Assembly: GCA_003194495.1 (NCBI GenBank)
Contig: PQXE01000004.1
Span: 2,994 to 66,993 of the forward strand
Origin: Deltaproteobacteria bacterium
Lineage (GTDB): Bacteria; Desulfobacterota; Dissulfuribacteria; Dissulfuribacterales; UBA3076
Length of the DNA: 64,000 nucleotides
Reading direction: 5' to 3'
The number at the start of each line of letters is the position of its first letter. Position 1 is the stretch's first letter. Shown one piece after another: positions 1 through 8,916 of the stretch. The translations under genes and the position numbers were made by a program. Below the pieces are notes generated by a model. The model saw only the letters and a list, made by a program, of their open reading frames with translations, was not told where the DNA came from and made no database searches.

Positions 1-447
1 CGGGAGAATCTCGATTTCAATGCGATACCGAAGGCAGGTTTCGCGAACAGCAGCTATTTTTTTTATGTTCGGCTCTCTTTTTGATGAGGATAGGCTTACA
101 TCTTCGCTGGATCTCCTCATTTCCCGAATTTGGCGATTAACCTTCTCGACCACTGCAGGCGACAGTTCGACATCAACCTCTAAGCTGAAACGGCGGCTTT
201 CTTCCTTGAGCAGTCCCTTGATGCCGTCAGCACCGAAAGTAAAAGATTCAAGAGGTTTTCCACGATAGGGAGGCTCAAAGGCTTCTTTCAGGGTCTTGCA
301 AACGCCGAGCTTGGAAAGTAACTGCAAGGCATCCAGAAAATTGCTCTTGCCAGCGGCGTTCGGACCAAAAAGCACGGAAAGTTGATTTAATTCCACTTCT
401 ACATTCTGCAGTGACTTATATCCTGCGACTCGTATGCGTTTCAGCAT
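1..447 (-). CDS. AAA-type ATPase (RecF/OLD/ABC-like N-terminus), 5' part only; the gene runs off the left edge
   Basis: Manual reverse translation from ATG at 447-445 gives MLKRIRVAGYKSLQNVEVELNQLSVLFGPNAAGKSNFLDALQLL... and stays open to position 1. The Walker A motif is GPNAAGKS. It is absent from the ORF track because no stop lies inside the window. A GAGGGGAAG SD-like run sits upstream. Confidence 0.8.
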   Translation of the reverse strand, partial: MLKRIRVAGYKSLQNVEVELNQLSVLFGPNAAGKSNFLDALQLLSKLGVCKTLKEAFEPPYRGKPLESFTFGADGIKGLLKEESRRFSLEVDVELSPAVVEKVNRQIREMRRSSEDVSLSSSKREPNIKKIAAVRETCLRYRIEIEILP

Positions 448-513
448 AATCTTCCCCTCAGTTATTTGTTTTTCGGGTCAGTACTGGTATATTGCTTCCT
501 CAGTCTGGACTTA

Positions 514-551
514 TTATCATAATTGATAACAAATTATCTAAAGTAAGATAA
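514..551. promoter_or_regulatory. Operator-like cluster of TTATC/GATAA inverted repeats between the helicase stop and the ATPase start
   Basis: The sequence TTATCataattGATAAcaaaTTATCtaaagtaaGATAA lies in the 160-nt gap upstream of the ATPase ATG. Confidence 0.3.
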
Positions 552-608
552 TCCGGGGTTAAGGGTTTGGGTTTGAGGCCTAGTCCCACCAAGCCAAACA
601 CCCCTTTT

Positions 609-3600
609 TTATTCCACCATCTGCCCCGACAAGATTTTCTCCGCCCCCAAATGATAATGTTCAACCTTAACCACCGGTTTCCAGCCTAATCGTGCCGGAT
701 TCTGGATCACGTGCAATTCTGGTTCGGTAGCGCAATTGAATACTACATAAAGCCAGTAATCCTTCTTGAGCCGTTCCGCAGTCTTATACTCATTAGTTGT
801 AAGCGCCACTTCCCCGACATGAGAACGCCCCTTCACTTCGATAAACCGGACCTCTATCGCCGTATCGGGATCTTCCGGGTGGGGTCGCCGAGAGATCAGG
901 TCGAAGCCGCGGTTCTCCTCTTCCACGCTCTGTACTTTCCAGCCACGAGACTCTTCATGCCTGATGACTGCTTCAACGGCGATCTTTTCGATTTCCGGAT
1001 CACGAACCATCTTCCTGACATCAGGAGTCTCACGATCCGGATGTGGCAGGACCCATGCGCTTCCAAGATGCTGGATGTTGCTGATCATGCACTGCTGCTC
1101 TTTTTCCAACTCACTCCGGCGCTGTTCCAGACGGTTGTTCAACTCGTCGAGTCTGTCTTCCAGCATCTTGATCCGGCCGTCCAGTCCCGACTCCTGCGAG
1201 CCGGATTCCTTTTGATTCAAGAGTCCGCCTAACTGGATCTGTGCCCGGTCGATAATGGCGTTCAGGCTGATCTCCATGTGCTCGGAAATTGTCTTAACTT
1301 CTCTTCCGCGCTGGACACGTTCCTCTTCAAGAATCGGCATAAGCGCCTGTTGGTAGAGCACTGTTTCGGCATGATCCTTTCCTGGAAAATCGATATTGTC
1401 AGGCACTTCCGTGCCCTTGGGGGCAAGGGAGAGATCAAGAAAGATGGTAGGCTGACGGACTGTAATGGTTCCGTCCCGGTTGGTCTGCGTTACGAACAGG
1501 CGCTTATGAAGAATATGTCCGCGACCGTCCCGGACCTCTCCGGAGAAAACGTTGAGCAGGGCGGGTGCAGACCGGTGTAAATCATAGAAAACAGCTCCCC
1601 GCTGCAGGTCCTCCTGGACCTTGTCCTGTACCATGGCTCGCACACTCTCGAATAGCGGATGCCCGGGTGTGACCCATTCCAGAGTCGGATCGACTGTGAG
1701 CAGATCCTTGTCGAACACGATTTGTTTGTACTCGCGGCCAAGTTTGCCGAACCTTGGTTCGAGCTGTTCACCATAAGGCATGAGAATTCGCGGCAAGCGC
1801 CCTATCCGGTAGACATGCTCCTGCTTTCGGTCCTGTCTCGGTGAGACGCCGGCCAACGGCGAGGCATGGACAAAGAAGTCCTCGATCACCTCGGGTACAA
1901 GCCTTCGTTCCTTGGCCTCCTCGGACTTGCCAACAATCGCGGATAGATTCAATTCACGCTTGGCCAGTCCCTCAAGGGTAGATTCGGTGATACGCTTCAA
2001 TCGTTCGGTATCCACTTGCTCGACTATACGGTCCTTAATCACTGCCTCAGTGAGGTTTCGGGCGTACATCTCGCGCAACATACGCTCAAGTTGGTTAGCC
2101 GGAAAGATGTCGCCCAGCACGTTAAACACCTTGCCCGTGCGATTTGGGTCCAGGTCAATTTCGATCTGGCTGATACGCTCGAAAAGCTTTTCCAGCACAC
2201 GTCCTTCCCGGGTGTTTGTGCTGACAAAGTTGCTTATCAGGCAATCCTTCTCCTGACCATAACGGTGGATTCGTCCCATGCGCTGTTCAAGGCGATTAGG
2301 ATTCCAGGGGATGTCGTAGTTGATCATATACCAACAAAATTGCAGGTTGATGCCCTCTCCGGCAGCCTCTGTAGCGACCAGTACCTGGCAGTCCTCCTTA
2401 AATTCCCGCTCGGCGTAGATTCGGGTTCCGGGGGCATCTCTGTCTCCGATCTTCATGCTGCCGTGGATTTTAGTGACGTTCAGGCCCCACTCTCGAAGCT
2501 TACCCAGGGGGCGGCCGTCCCTCCCGTCTCCGGCCAGATAATCCAGGGTGTCCTTATGCTCCGTGAAGATCAGGAGCTTCATCTTCTCGTCCTGAAAAAC
2601 GCCGCCTTCGGTGATCACCTCCCTGAGCTTGTTCAACTTGGTTTCGATTTCTCGCTCTTCCAGCAAACGAGCCTGATCCGCCAACTTCCCCAGCTCGATA
2701 ATTTCCTCCCGCAAATCTTCGGGATCGATAGAGGCGACTACGTCCTCCAGGCTGGCCAGAATCTCCTGTTGTTCCTCATCAGGCAGTTCGTCGAAATCGT
2801 CCGGGACCTTCTTAAGGATTTGCTCCTGGCGGTATGCCTCAGGGTCTTCAAGGATCTTTTCGCGCTTGGCCTTCATCCGCTTCAGTGTGCGGCGGACCGC
2901 ATAAATACTGGATGCAAAACGACGTTGAAGCATGGCCATGGTAAAACCAAGAGCACGACCCCTTGCTGAATCATCCTGAGAGGCTTTGATAGACTGGTCT
3001 TCCACGTAACGGGTCAGATTGTCATAAAAGTCGAGTTCATCATCATCGATCTGGAAACCGACTGTATGGACATTCCTTTTCGTGAACAGGCTCTTGGCTT
3101 TGCCCGTATCCGGGTCTGGAAAGGTCACCAGGGCTTCTTTTACACGACGTAAATAAAATGGGGCTGCCCGTTCCTTCATCGCCCGTTCCAGGCTCTTGAT
3201 GTCTCCATAGACATCTCGATCCAACAACCTGAGAAAGAGACTGAAGTTCTTTGGATCGCCCTTGTGAGGCGTGGCGGTCATAAGGAGATAGTGATCGGTC
3301 ATCTCTGACAACGATTCGCCTAGCTGGTATGCCAGGGTCTTCTTATCTTCGGCATAGGCACTCATTTTATGTGCCTCGTCTACGATGATCAGGTCCCAAC
3401 GGCTGCGCAAGAGACTTTCTTTTGCATCCTCGATGCGCGAAACCCAGGAAACGGAGGTAATGCACTGGTCGATGTCCTGCCAAGGATTCGCGCCATAGGT
3501 GGCCCGCAAAATATCGCTGCGAATGACCTGGAACGTCTCCCGGAACTTATCTTTGAGCTCCCGTTGCCATTGGAAGGAGAGGTTGGCAGGTGTCACTATC

Positions 3601-4058
3601 AGAATGCGCTGAATCAGTCCGCGAACCTTTAGTTCTGTGATGAGCAGACCCGCCATGATGGTCTTGCCGGCACCTGGGTCATCCGCCAGCAGGAAACGGA
3701 TTCGCGGCAGACGCAGGAAGTAATCGTAGACCGCTTCAAGCTGGTGTGGCAGTGGGTCAACGCGAGCAATCGAAAGACTAAAATAGGGATCATATTCATA
3801 GGCTAAACTGAGCCGGATCGCCTCGACGCATAGACGGAACTTAGCAGCATCGCCGTCGAAAGGTTCTCTTTCGGGGGATATTTCCAGTTCCGCGATTTGT
3901 TCCGCAGTGAGGACCGGTTGGTGTACTTTGCCCGAATGCATCCCCTCGCCGATAAGTTTGATGGAATCCCCCATCTGAACCAATGAAATAATCTTCACCG
4001 GCTCAGGAAGAAGAGGACCTGTGACGATGTGGTTTGGCTTAAGTTCGATCGGTTGCAT
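609..4058 (-). CDS. SNF2-family helicase fused to a C-terminal PD-(D/E)xK nuclease-like (DUF3883-like) domain
   Basis: Helicase motifs seen: LLADDPGAGKT (I), IIVDEAHKM (II), ATEAAGEGINLQ (V), RLEQRMGRIHRYGQ (VI). The C-terminus reads GFDLISRR...IEVRFIEVKGRSH...YWLYVVFNC, which fits a D...ExK nuclease core. The start is moved to the MQPIELK Met (4058); the ORF track start is 4136. Confidence 0.85.
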   Translation of the reverse strand: MQPIELKPNHIVTGPLLPEPVKIISLVQMGDSIKLIGEGMHSGKVHQPVLTAEQIAELEISPEREPFDGDAAKFRLCVEAIRLSLAYEYDPYFSLSIARVDPLPHQLEAVYDYFLRLPRIRFLLADDPGAGKTIMAGLLITELKVRGLIQRILIVTPANLSFQWQRELKDKFRETFQVIRSDILRATYGANPWQDIDQCITSVSWVSRIEDAKESLLRSRWDLIIVDEAHKMSAYAEDKKTLAYQLGESLSEMTDHYLLMTATPHKGDPKNFSLFLRLLDRDVYGDIKSLERAMKERAAPFYLRRVKEALVTFPDPDTGKAKSLFTKRNVHTVGFQIDDDELDFYDNLTRYVEDQSIKASQDDSARGRALGFTMAMLQRRFASSIYAVRRTLKRMKAKREKILEDPEAYRQEQILKKVPDDFDELPDEEQQEILASLEDVVASIDPEDLREEIIELGKLADQARLLEEREIETKLNKLREVITEGGVFQDEKMKLLIFTEHKDTLDYLAGDGRDGRPLGKLREWGLNVTKIHGSMKIGDRDAPGTRIYAEREFKEDCQVLVATEAAGEGINLQFCWYMINYDIPWNPNRLEQRMGRIHRYGQEKDCLISNFVSTNTREGRVLEKLFERISQIEIDLDPNRTGKVFNVLGDIFPANQLERMLREMYARNLTEAVIKDRIVEQVDTERLKRITESTLEGLAKRELNLSAIVGKSEEAKERRLVPEVIEDFFVHASPLAGVSPRQDRKQEHVYRIGRLPRILMPYGEQLEPRFGKLGREYKQIVFDKDLLTVDPTLEWVTPGHPLFESVRAMVQDKVQEDLQRGAVFYDLHRSAPALLNVFSGEVRDGRGHILHKRLFVTQTNRDGTITVRQPTIFLDLSLAPKGTEVPDNIDFPGKDHAETVLYQQALMPILEEERVQRGREVKTISEHMEISLNAIIDRAQIQLGGLLNQKESGSQESGLDGRIKMLEDRLDELNNRLEQRRSELEKEQQCMISNIQHLGSAWVLPHPDRETPDVRKMVRDPEIEKIAVEAVIRHEESRGWKVQSVEEENRGFDLISRRPHPEDPDTAIEVRFIEVKGRSHVGEVALTTNEYKTAERLKKDYWLYVVFNCATEPELHVIQNPARLGWKPVVKVEHYHLGAEKILSGQMVE

Positions 4059-4389
4059 AGCATTTCCTATTACCAGCAATTTCGATAGAAACGTTTTTTC
4101 CGCAATCCCCACTGACAGCGGGCAATATCGACGCATTTAAAGTGACTGCTGTTGCTTCATGGATATGTTTGCAACGCTTTGGCCTTACAGCTCCCCATCT
4201 GTTTGTCGGCAGAAAGCTTCGGAAAAACAAGAACAAACTCATTTCTATCATATGAAACTATATGCCCGATTTCAAGCAGTTATTCCTGGTATTATAGACT
4301 CAAACGGGATGGCCTGGCTACTAACACCACGTCGCTTGCCTGGGAGACTGGGTGTTGACAATCATGGATTCCGGTATTTATTTATTGGA

Positions 4390-4980
4390 ATGAATTCCAT
4401 GGATTACAACGTCTTTTTTGAAAATGCACTTAAGGACGCAACAACTACCTACAGGGAAAGCCTTGAGTCCTGCGGCCGGAAGCTCATTAAGCTTTCGCAA
4501 TGGACCTGCAGGGCCTTTGAGAACAATGGCAAGATTATCCTCTTCGGAAATGGGGGAAGTGCTGCTGATGCTCAACATATAGCAGCAGAGTTTGTAAACC
4601 GTTTCCGCCTGGAGAGGAAACCACTCCCTGCCATCGCCCTTACTACAGATACCTCTATCCTCACCGCGATATCAAACGACTACGACTTTAGCCAGGTATT
4701 TTCCAAGCAGGTACAGGCCCTTGCCGGCCCGGATGATGTAGTCCTGGGAATCAGCACTAGCGGAAATTCACCCAATGTGCTAAAAGCCCTTTCCGTTGCC
4801 AGGGAAATAGGGGCAAAAACCGTGGGTATTACCGGGGGAAATGGCGGAAAGATGGATCAGTGTTCTGATTTGGTCATATGTGCGGCATCATCTGATACCC
4901 CTCGGATTCAGGAGGTCCATATTTTTTTTGGGCATCTGTTATGCGATCTTGTGGAACGGCAAATTTTTAGTTCGGTATAA
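4390..4980 (+). CDS. SIS-domain protein, phosphoheptose isomerase GmhA / DiaA-like
   Basis: KIILFGNGGSAADAQHIAAEFVNRF and GISTSGNSPNV are typical SIS motifs. The start is moved to MNSMDY (4390), because the first 77 codons of the track ORF have no family-like sequence. Confidence 0.75.
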   Translation: MNSMDYNVFFENALKDATTTYRESLESCGRKLIKLSQWTCRAFENNGKIILFGNGGSAADAQHIAAEFVNRFRLERKPLPAIALTTDTSILTAISNDYDFSQVFSKQVQALAGPDDVVLGISTSGNSPNVLKALSVAREIGAKTVGITGGNGGKMDQCSDLVICAASSDTPRIQEVHIFFGHLLCDLVERQIFSSV

Positions 4981-4986
4981 TTAGAC

Positions 4987-5940
4987 ATGAGCTATCCTGA
5001 ACCCATAGATCTATCCGGCCTCAAGACCTATTCACTCTATGATCGTCCCAGCAAGGTTACAGTCTCTGACTTTGCACAACCGGTCTCTTCCGGCCTCAAG
5101 TTAAAGGATTTTTTGAAACTACTCCCCAACCAGTTGGCTGCAAAAGATTTTAAGGCCGTGGTCCGGGCGGTTTGCACCGCAATACGTAATGAACGTATGG
5201 TCTTGCTCGCCATGGGTGCCCATGTAATAAAGGTGGGATTAAATCCCATATTGATAAAACTCATGGAGCGGGGGATTCTTTCAGGCATTGCATTGAACGG
5301 GGCAGGAATTATTCATGACTCAGAGATAGCCATGGCCGGAAAGACTTCTGAGGACGTAGCGTCAGTTCTTGGTGAAGGGCAATTCGGTGCAGCCAGGGAA
5401 ACAGGCGAGTTTCTTAATCAGGCCATATGCAAAGCAGCTAAAAATGGTAAGGGCCTTGGTGAAACCGTGGGACATGCCCTGCTTGAAGCAGGATTTCCTT
5501 ACAACGGTCAGAGCCTTTTAGCCAGCGCGGCCGGATTGGGGGTACCTGTGACTGTTCACGTCGCAATGGGTACTGACATCATTCATATCCACCCGGGTGT
5601 AGATGGTGCCGCAACAGGCAAGGCGTCCCACCATGACTTCAGGCTTTTTTGCAGCCTTGTGGCCAAGCTTGATCAAGGCGTGTTACTACATGTGGGCTCT
5701 GCCGTACTCTTGCCGGAGATTTTTCTCAAGGCATTGACACTTGTCCGCAACCTGGGTTGTCCTGTAAAGGAATTTACTACTGCCAATTTTGATTTTATCC
5801 GTCACTACAGGCCCTTGACCAACGTGGTCCACAGACCTAACTTAGAAGGCGGCCAAGGGTTCAACATCGTAGGCCATCACGAGATTATGCTTCCCTTGCT
5901 GGCCGCAAGTATCCTGGATAGCCTGGAAGAAAAAAGCTGA
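4987..5940 (+). CDS. Conserved hypothetical protein, possibly deoxyhypusine-synthase-like fold
   Basis: A 317-aa ORF 6 nt after the SIS gene. The GAHVIKVGLNP motif is reminiscent of COG1899-type proteins. The family assignment is from memory only. Confidence 0.35.
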   Translation: MSYPEPIDLSGLKTYSLYDRPSKVTVSDFAQPVSSGLKLKDFLKLLPNQLAAKDFKAVVRAVCTAIRNERMVLLAMGAHVIKVGLNPILIKLMERGILSGIALNGAGIIHDSEIAMAGKTSEDVASVLGEGQFGAARETGEFLNQAICKAAKNGKGLGETVGHALLEAGFPYNGQSLLASAAGLGVPVTVHVAMGTDIIHIHPGVDGAATGKASHHDFRLFCSLVAKLDQGVLLHVGSAVLLPEIFLKALTLVRNLGCPVKEFTTANFDFIRHYRPLTNVVHRPNLEGGQGFNIVGHHEIMLPLLAASILDSLEEKS

Positions 5941-5950
5941 TAACAAAGAA

Positions 5951-6008
5951 AATTCACGCAAAGGCGCAAAGAAAATTAAGAAAAAAATTGCGCCTTTGCG
6001 TGAAATTC
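5951..6008. repeat. Near-perfect 19-bp-stem hairpin with CGCAAAG-type arms
   Basis: aattcacgcaaaggcgcaa ... ttgcgcctttgcgtgaaatt. The same arm motif cacgcaaaggcgcaaag recurs at about 57361 and 57481. Confidence 0.7.
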
Positions 6009-6131
6009 ATAGTATAGGAATTTCCATTTTGGACACGGATGAACACAGATTTTCAAATTTATGAATAATAATATTATCTGTGTATATCTGCGAAAATCTG
6101 TGTCCTATTTAAATTATGGAGGAAATTTATA

Positions 6132-6359
6132 ATGCCTATTTTTGAGTATGTGTGCACTGCCTGCGGAGAGGATTTTGAAGAACTGGTCCTTGGGTCCAGG
6201 ACCGATGTCAAGTGTCCCAAATGCGGCTCTTTAGAGGTACAAAAGAAGATTTCAGCCTTTGCTTTTAAGACTGGTCACAAGTTTGTAGGGACCGGGGAGA
6301 AGTCAAGCAGCCTATGTAACGGTTGTACAAGTTCTGACTGCAGCTCCTGCGGGGGTTAA
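6132..6359 (+). CDS. FmdB-family zinc-ribbon putative regulatory protein
   Basis: MPIFEYVCTACGEDFE...CPKCGS signature with a Cys-rich tail CNGCTSSDCSSCGG. A GGAGG SD lies upstream. Confidence 0.8.
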   Translation: MPIFEYVCTACGEDFEELVLGSRTDVKCPKCGSLEVQKKISAFAFKTGHKFVGTGEKSSSLCNGCTSSDCSSCGG

Positions 6360-6360
6360 T

Positions 6361-7296
6361 GTGGGAACCGAAAAAAAATTGAGACTTGGGACAAGAAAGA
6401 GTTTGTTGGCCCTTTCACAGAGTAACTGGGTCAAAAAAGAAATTGAAACGCACTGGCCTGACGTCAATGTAGATCTTGTAAAGTTCACCACCAAAGGGGA
6501 TAAAATCCTGGATGTACCACTGGCCCAGGTTGGCGGCAAAGGCCTTTTTGTAAAAGAGATCGAAGACGCCCTTCTCAGGAAAGACGCGGATATCGCCGTG
6601 CACAGCTTGAAGGATGTCCCTGCCGAACTCCCGGAAGGGCTTGAAGTCACCATTTTCCCTGATCGTGAAGACCCGCGGGATGCCCTGATTTCCAGGGCCG
6701 GGCTCAGACTGGAAGAATTGCCTAAGGGTGCCCGAGTGGGCACGAGCAGTCTTCGAAGGATAGCCCAGGTTAAGAATGCAAGGCCTGATCTTGAAACGGC
6801 CTCCCTGAGGGGGAATATCGACACAAGGCTTCGTAAGCTTGATGAGGGGCAGTATGATGCCGTTATCCTGGCGGCTGCCGGGCTCAGAAGACTGGGTCTG
6901 GGTCAAAGGATTACTCAACTTCTGGAACCCGAAGTGATGCTTCCCGCCGTAGGCCAGGGGGCACTTGGCATAGAATTCAGGAGCATGAATACAGAGGTCA
7001 GGCGAATTCTTGCCTCGATCCATCATGAAGAAACATCCATCTGTGTAAGGGCTGAAAGGGCTTTTCTTTTCAGACTTGAAGGTGGATGCCAGGTGCCTAT
7101 AGGCGCCTTTGCCCAGATCAAGGGAGAAACACTTGAGCTTGAAGGCATGGTGGGTAACGAAGCCGGAACAGACATTATAAGGATAAAAAAGCAAGGATCT
7201 GCTGATCAGCCTGAAGCTCTTGGGACCAACCTTGGAGAAGAGGTCCTGGCTGCCGGGGGTGCAGAAATATTGAGGGAAGTTTATGGAGCGAATTAA
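6361..7296 (+). CDS. hemC: Hydroxymethylbilane synthase (porphobilinogen deaminase)
   Basis: LRLGTRKSLLALSQ, GGKGLFVKEIE, SLRGNIDTRLRKL and a GGCQVPIG-type C-terminus. GTG start 1 nt after the fmdB-like stop. Confidence 0.9.
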   Translation: MGTEKKLRLGTRKSLLALSQSNWVKKEIETHWPDVNVDLVKFTTKGDKILDVPLAQVGGKGLFVKEIEDALLRKDADIAVHSLKDVPAELPEGLEVTIFPDREDPRDALISRAGLRLEELPKGARVGTSSLRRIAQVKNARPDLETASLRGNIDTRLRKLDEGQYDAVILAAAGLRRLGLGQRITQLLEPEVMLPAVGQGALGIEFRSMNTEVRRILASIHHEETSICVRAERAFLFRLEGGCQVPIGAFAQIKGETLELEGMVGNEAGTDIIRIKKQGSADQPEALGTNLGEEVLAAGGAEILREVYGAN

Positions 7297-8818
7297 GCCG
7301 GATTCTTCATCTGGCAAGGTTTATTTAATAGGAGCCGGCCCTGGGGATCCGGGCCTTTTGACCATTCGTGGCAAGGAGCTTTTGGCTGAGGCAGAGGTGG
7401 TTGTATATGATCGTCTGGCAAGCCCGAGGCTTCTGCCCTTTGCCTCTCCTCATGCAGAACATATCTATGTTGGTAAACGCATGGGCTCACACACAGTGAC
7501 TCAAGAAGATATCAACAGGATAATCGTGGAAAAGGCCCTGGAAGGAAAGTGTGTGGCCCGCCTGAAGGGAGGGGATCCCTTTATATTTGGCCGGGGGGGC
7601 GAAGAGGCCCAGATACTTGCCAAGGCTGGGATATATTTTGAGGTGGTGCCTGGTGTGACCTCAGGTATTGCAGTTCCCACCTACGCAGGAATACCCCTGA
7701 CCCACCGGGCACATACCGCTTCCGTAGCCTTTATCACAGGCCACCGCAAATTAGACAGTAAAGAGGTGGATATAGACTGGGAGGGTCTTGCCAAAGGCGT
7801 GGGGACCCTTGTCTTTCTTATGGGGATGAAAAACCTGCCCAATATCGCAGAGCGACTCATAAAATACGGGCGCAGTCCTGATACCCCGGTGGCAGTGATT
7901 CGCTGGGGAACTACCCCTCTTCAAACATCAATTACAGGAAAATTAATAAATATAGCAAAAAAGGTAAAAGAAGCAGGTCTTGGGCCTCCGTCAATTATCG
8001 TGGTGGGAGACGTTGTGGCCCTGCGGGACCAGGCAAACTGGTTTGAAAGCCTACCCCTGTTGGGTAAACGAATCCTTGTTACCAGGACCAGGGAACAGGC
8101 CAGTGACCTTGTGAGATTGCTGGAACGGAGAGGCGCGCATTGCTTAGAGTGCCCCACAATAGAAGTCAGTTTGCCAAAGGATTTGAAACCTCTGGACCAG
8201 GCCGTTAACTCACTTTCCACCTTTGACTGGGTGATTTTCAGCAGCGCCAACGCTGTACGGTTTTTCTTTGGACGTCTGTTCGAGCTGAATTTTGATCTCA
8301 GGGTCCTTGGAAACATACGTATTGCTGTTGTGGGTGCCGGTACTGCCAAGGCGCTTTCCGCCCTGCACTTAACTTCGGACATTATACCCGACGACTTCAG
8401 GGCGGAAGGCCTGATAGAGGCTTTCAGCCGGATAGATATATCAGCAAAGCGCATCCTTATCCCCAGGGCGGAAAAGGCAAGAGAGATTCTCCCCAGCCGG
8501 CTTTCAGAGCTTGGGGCAGAGGTTACCCTGGTTCCTGCCTATGTGACCCTGGCGCCTGACCTAAAACCGGAAATCCTGGAGATCCTGGAACAGGAAACCA
8601 TTGATGTGTTGACCTTCACCAGTTCATCAACTGTTAAGAACTTTTTCCAGTTACTCCCTGATGATCTGCGCAACCGGATACTTGAGCAGGCAAAGGTGGC
8701 CTGTATCGGCCCGATCACCGCCAGGACGGCGGAAGACTTCGGCCTTAAAGTCACAGTTCAACCTGAAAAGTTTACAATACCTTCGCTGGTATCCGCCATA
8801 GAGGACCTTTTTAAATAG
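7283..8818 (+). CDS. Fused uroporphyrinogen-III C-methyltransferase / uroporphyrinogen-III synthase
   Basis: The N-terminal half carries VYLIGAGPGDPGLLT and GGDPFIFGRGGEE (SAM-dependent tetrapyrrole methylase). The C-terminal 250 aa is HemD-like. It overlaps hemC by 14 nt. Confidence 0.85.
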   Translation: MERIKPDSSSGKVYLIGAGPGDPGLLTIRGKELLAEAEVVVYDRLASPRLLPFASPHAEHIYVGKRMGSHTVTQEDINRIIVEKALEGKCVARLKGGDPFIFGRGGEEAQILAKAGIYFEVVPGVTSGIAVPTYAGIPLTHRAHTASVAFITGHRKLDSKEVDIDWEGLAKGVGTLVFLMGMKNLPNIAERLIKYGRSPDTPVAVIRWGTTPLQTSITGKLINIAKKVKEAGLGPPSIIVVGDVVALRDQANWFESLPLLGKRILVTRTREQASDLVRLLERRGAHCLECPTIEVSLPKDLKPLDQAVNSLSTFDWVIFSSANAVRFFFGRLFELNFDLRVLGNIRIAVVGAGTAKALSALHLTSDIIPDDFRAEGLIEAFSRIDISAKRILIPRAEKAREILPSRLSELGAEVTLVPAYVTLAPDLKPEILEILEQETIDVLTFTSSSTVKNFFQLLPDDLRNRILEQAKVACIGPITARTAEDFGLKVTVQPEKFTIPSLVSAIEDLFK

Positions 8819-8870
8819 GTAACCGTTCACGGGTTCAGAGGTTCAGGGTTCAGGGTTCAGGGTTCAAAAG
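8819..8870. repeat. Tandem GGTTCAG heptamer array preceded by an AACCGTTCACGGG motif
   Basis: gtaaccgttcacgggttcagaggttcagggttcagggttcagggttcaaaag, directly after the cobA/hemD stop. Confidence 0.8.
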
Positions 8871-8916
8871 TTTTGTAATTTCTATTAATTCTGTTAAAAT
8901 ATATAATAATTCTCTC

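Noticed and set aside
20-268. 82-aa + strand ORF at the left edge
   Set aside because: It lies antisense to the well-supported AAA ATPase frame (Walker A, open to the edge). Its composition is low complexity with no SD.
2016-2969. 317-aa + strand ORF
   Set aside because: It is a shadow ORF antisense to the SNF2 helicase, whose motifs are unambiguous. The same reasoning applies to 711-1232, 1278-1580 and 3369-3632.
4159-4389. A 77-codon N-terminal extension of the SIS-domain gene in the ORF track
   Set aside because: The extension has no SIS-family sequence and overlaps the divergent promoter region. The internal Met at 4390 gives a normal protein length of about 196 aa.
6415-7317. 300-aa - strand ORF
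   Set aside because: It lies antisense to hemC and has no recognisable motifs. It is a typical long shadow frame.
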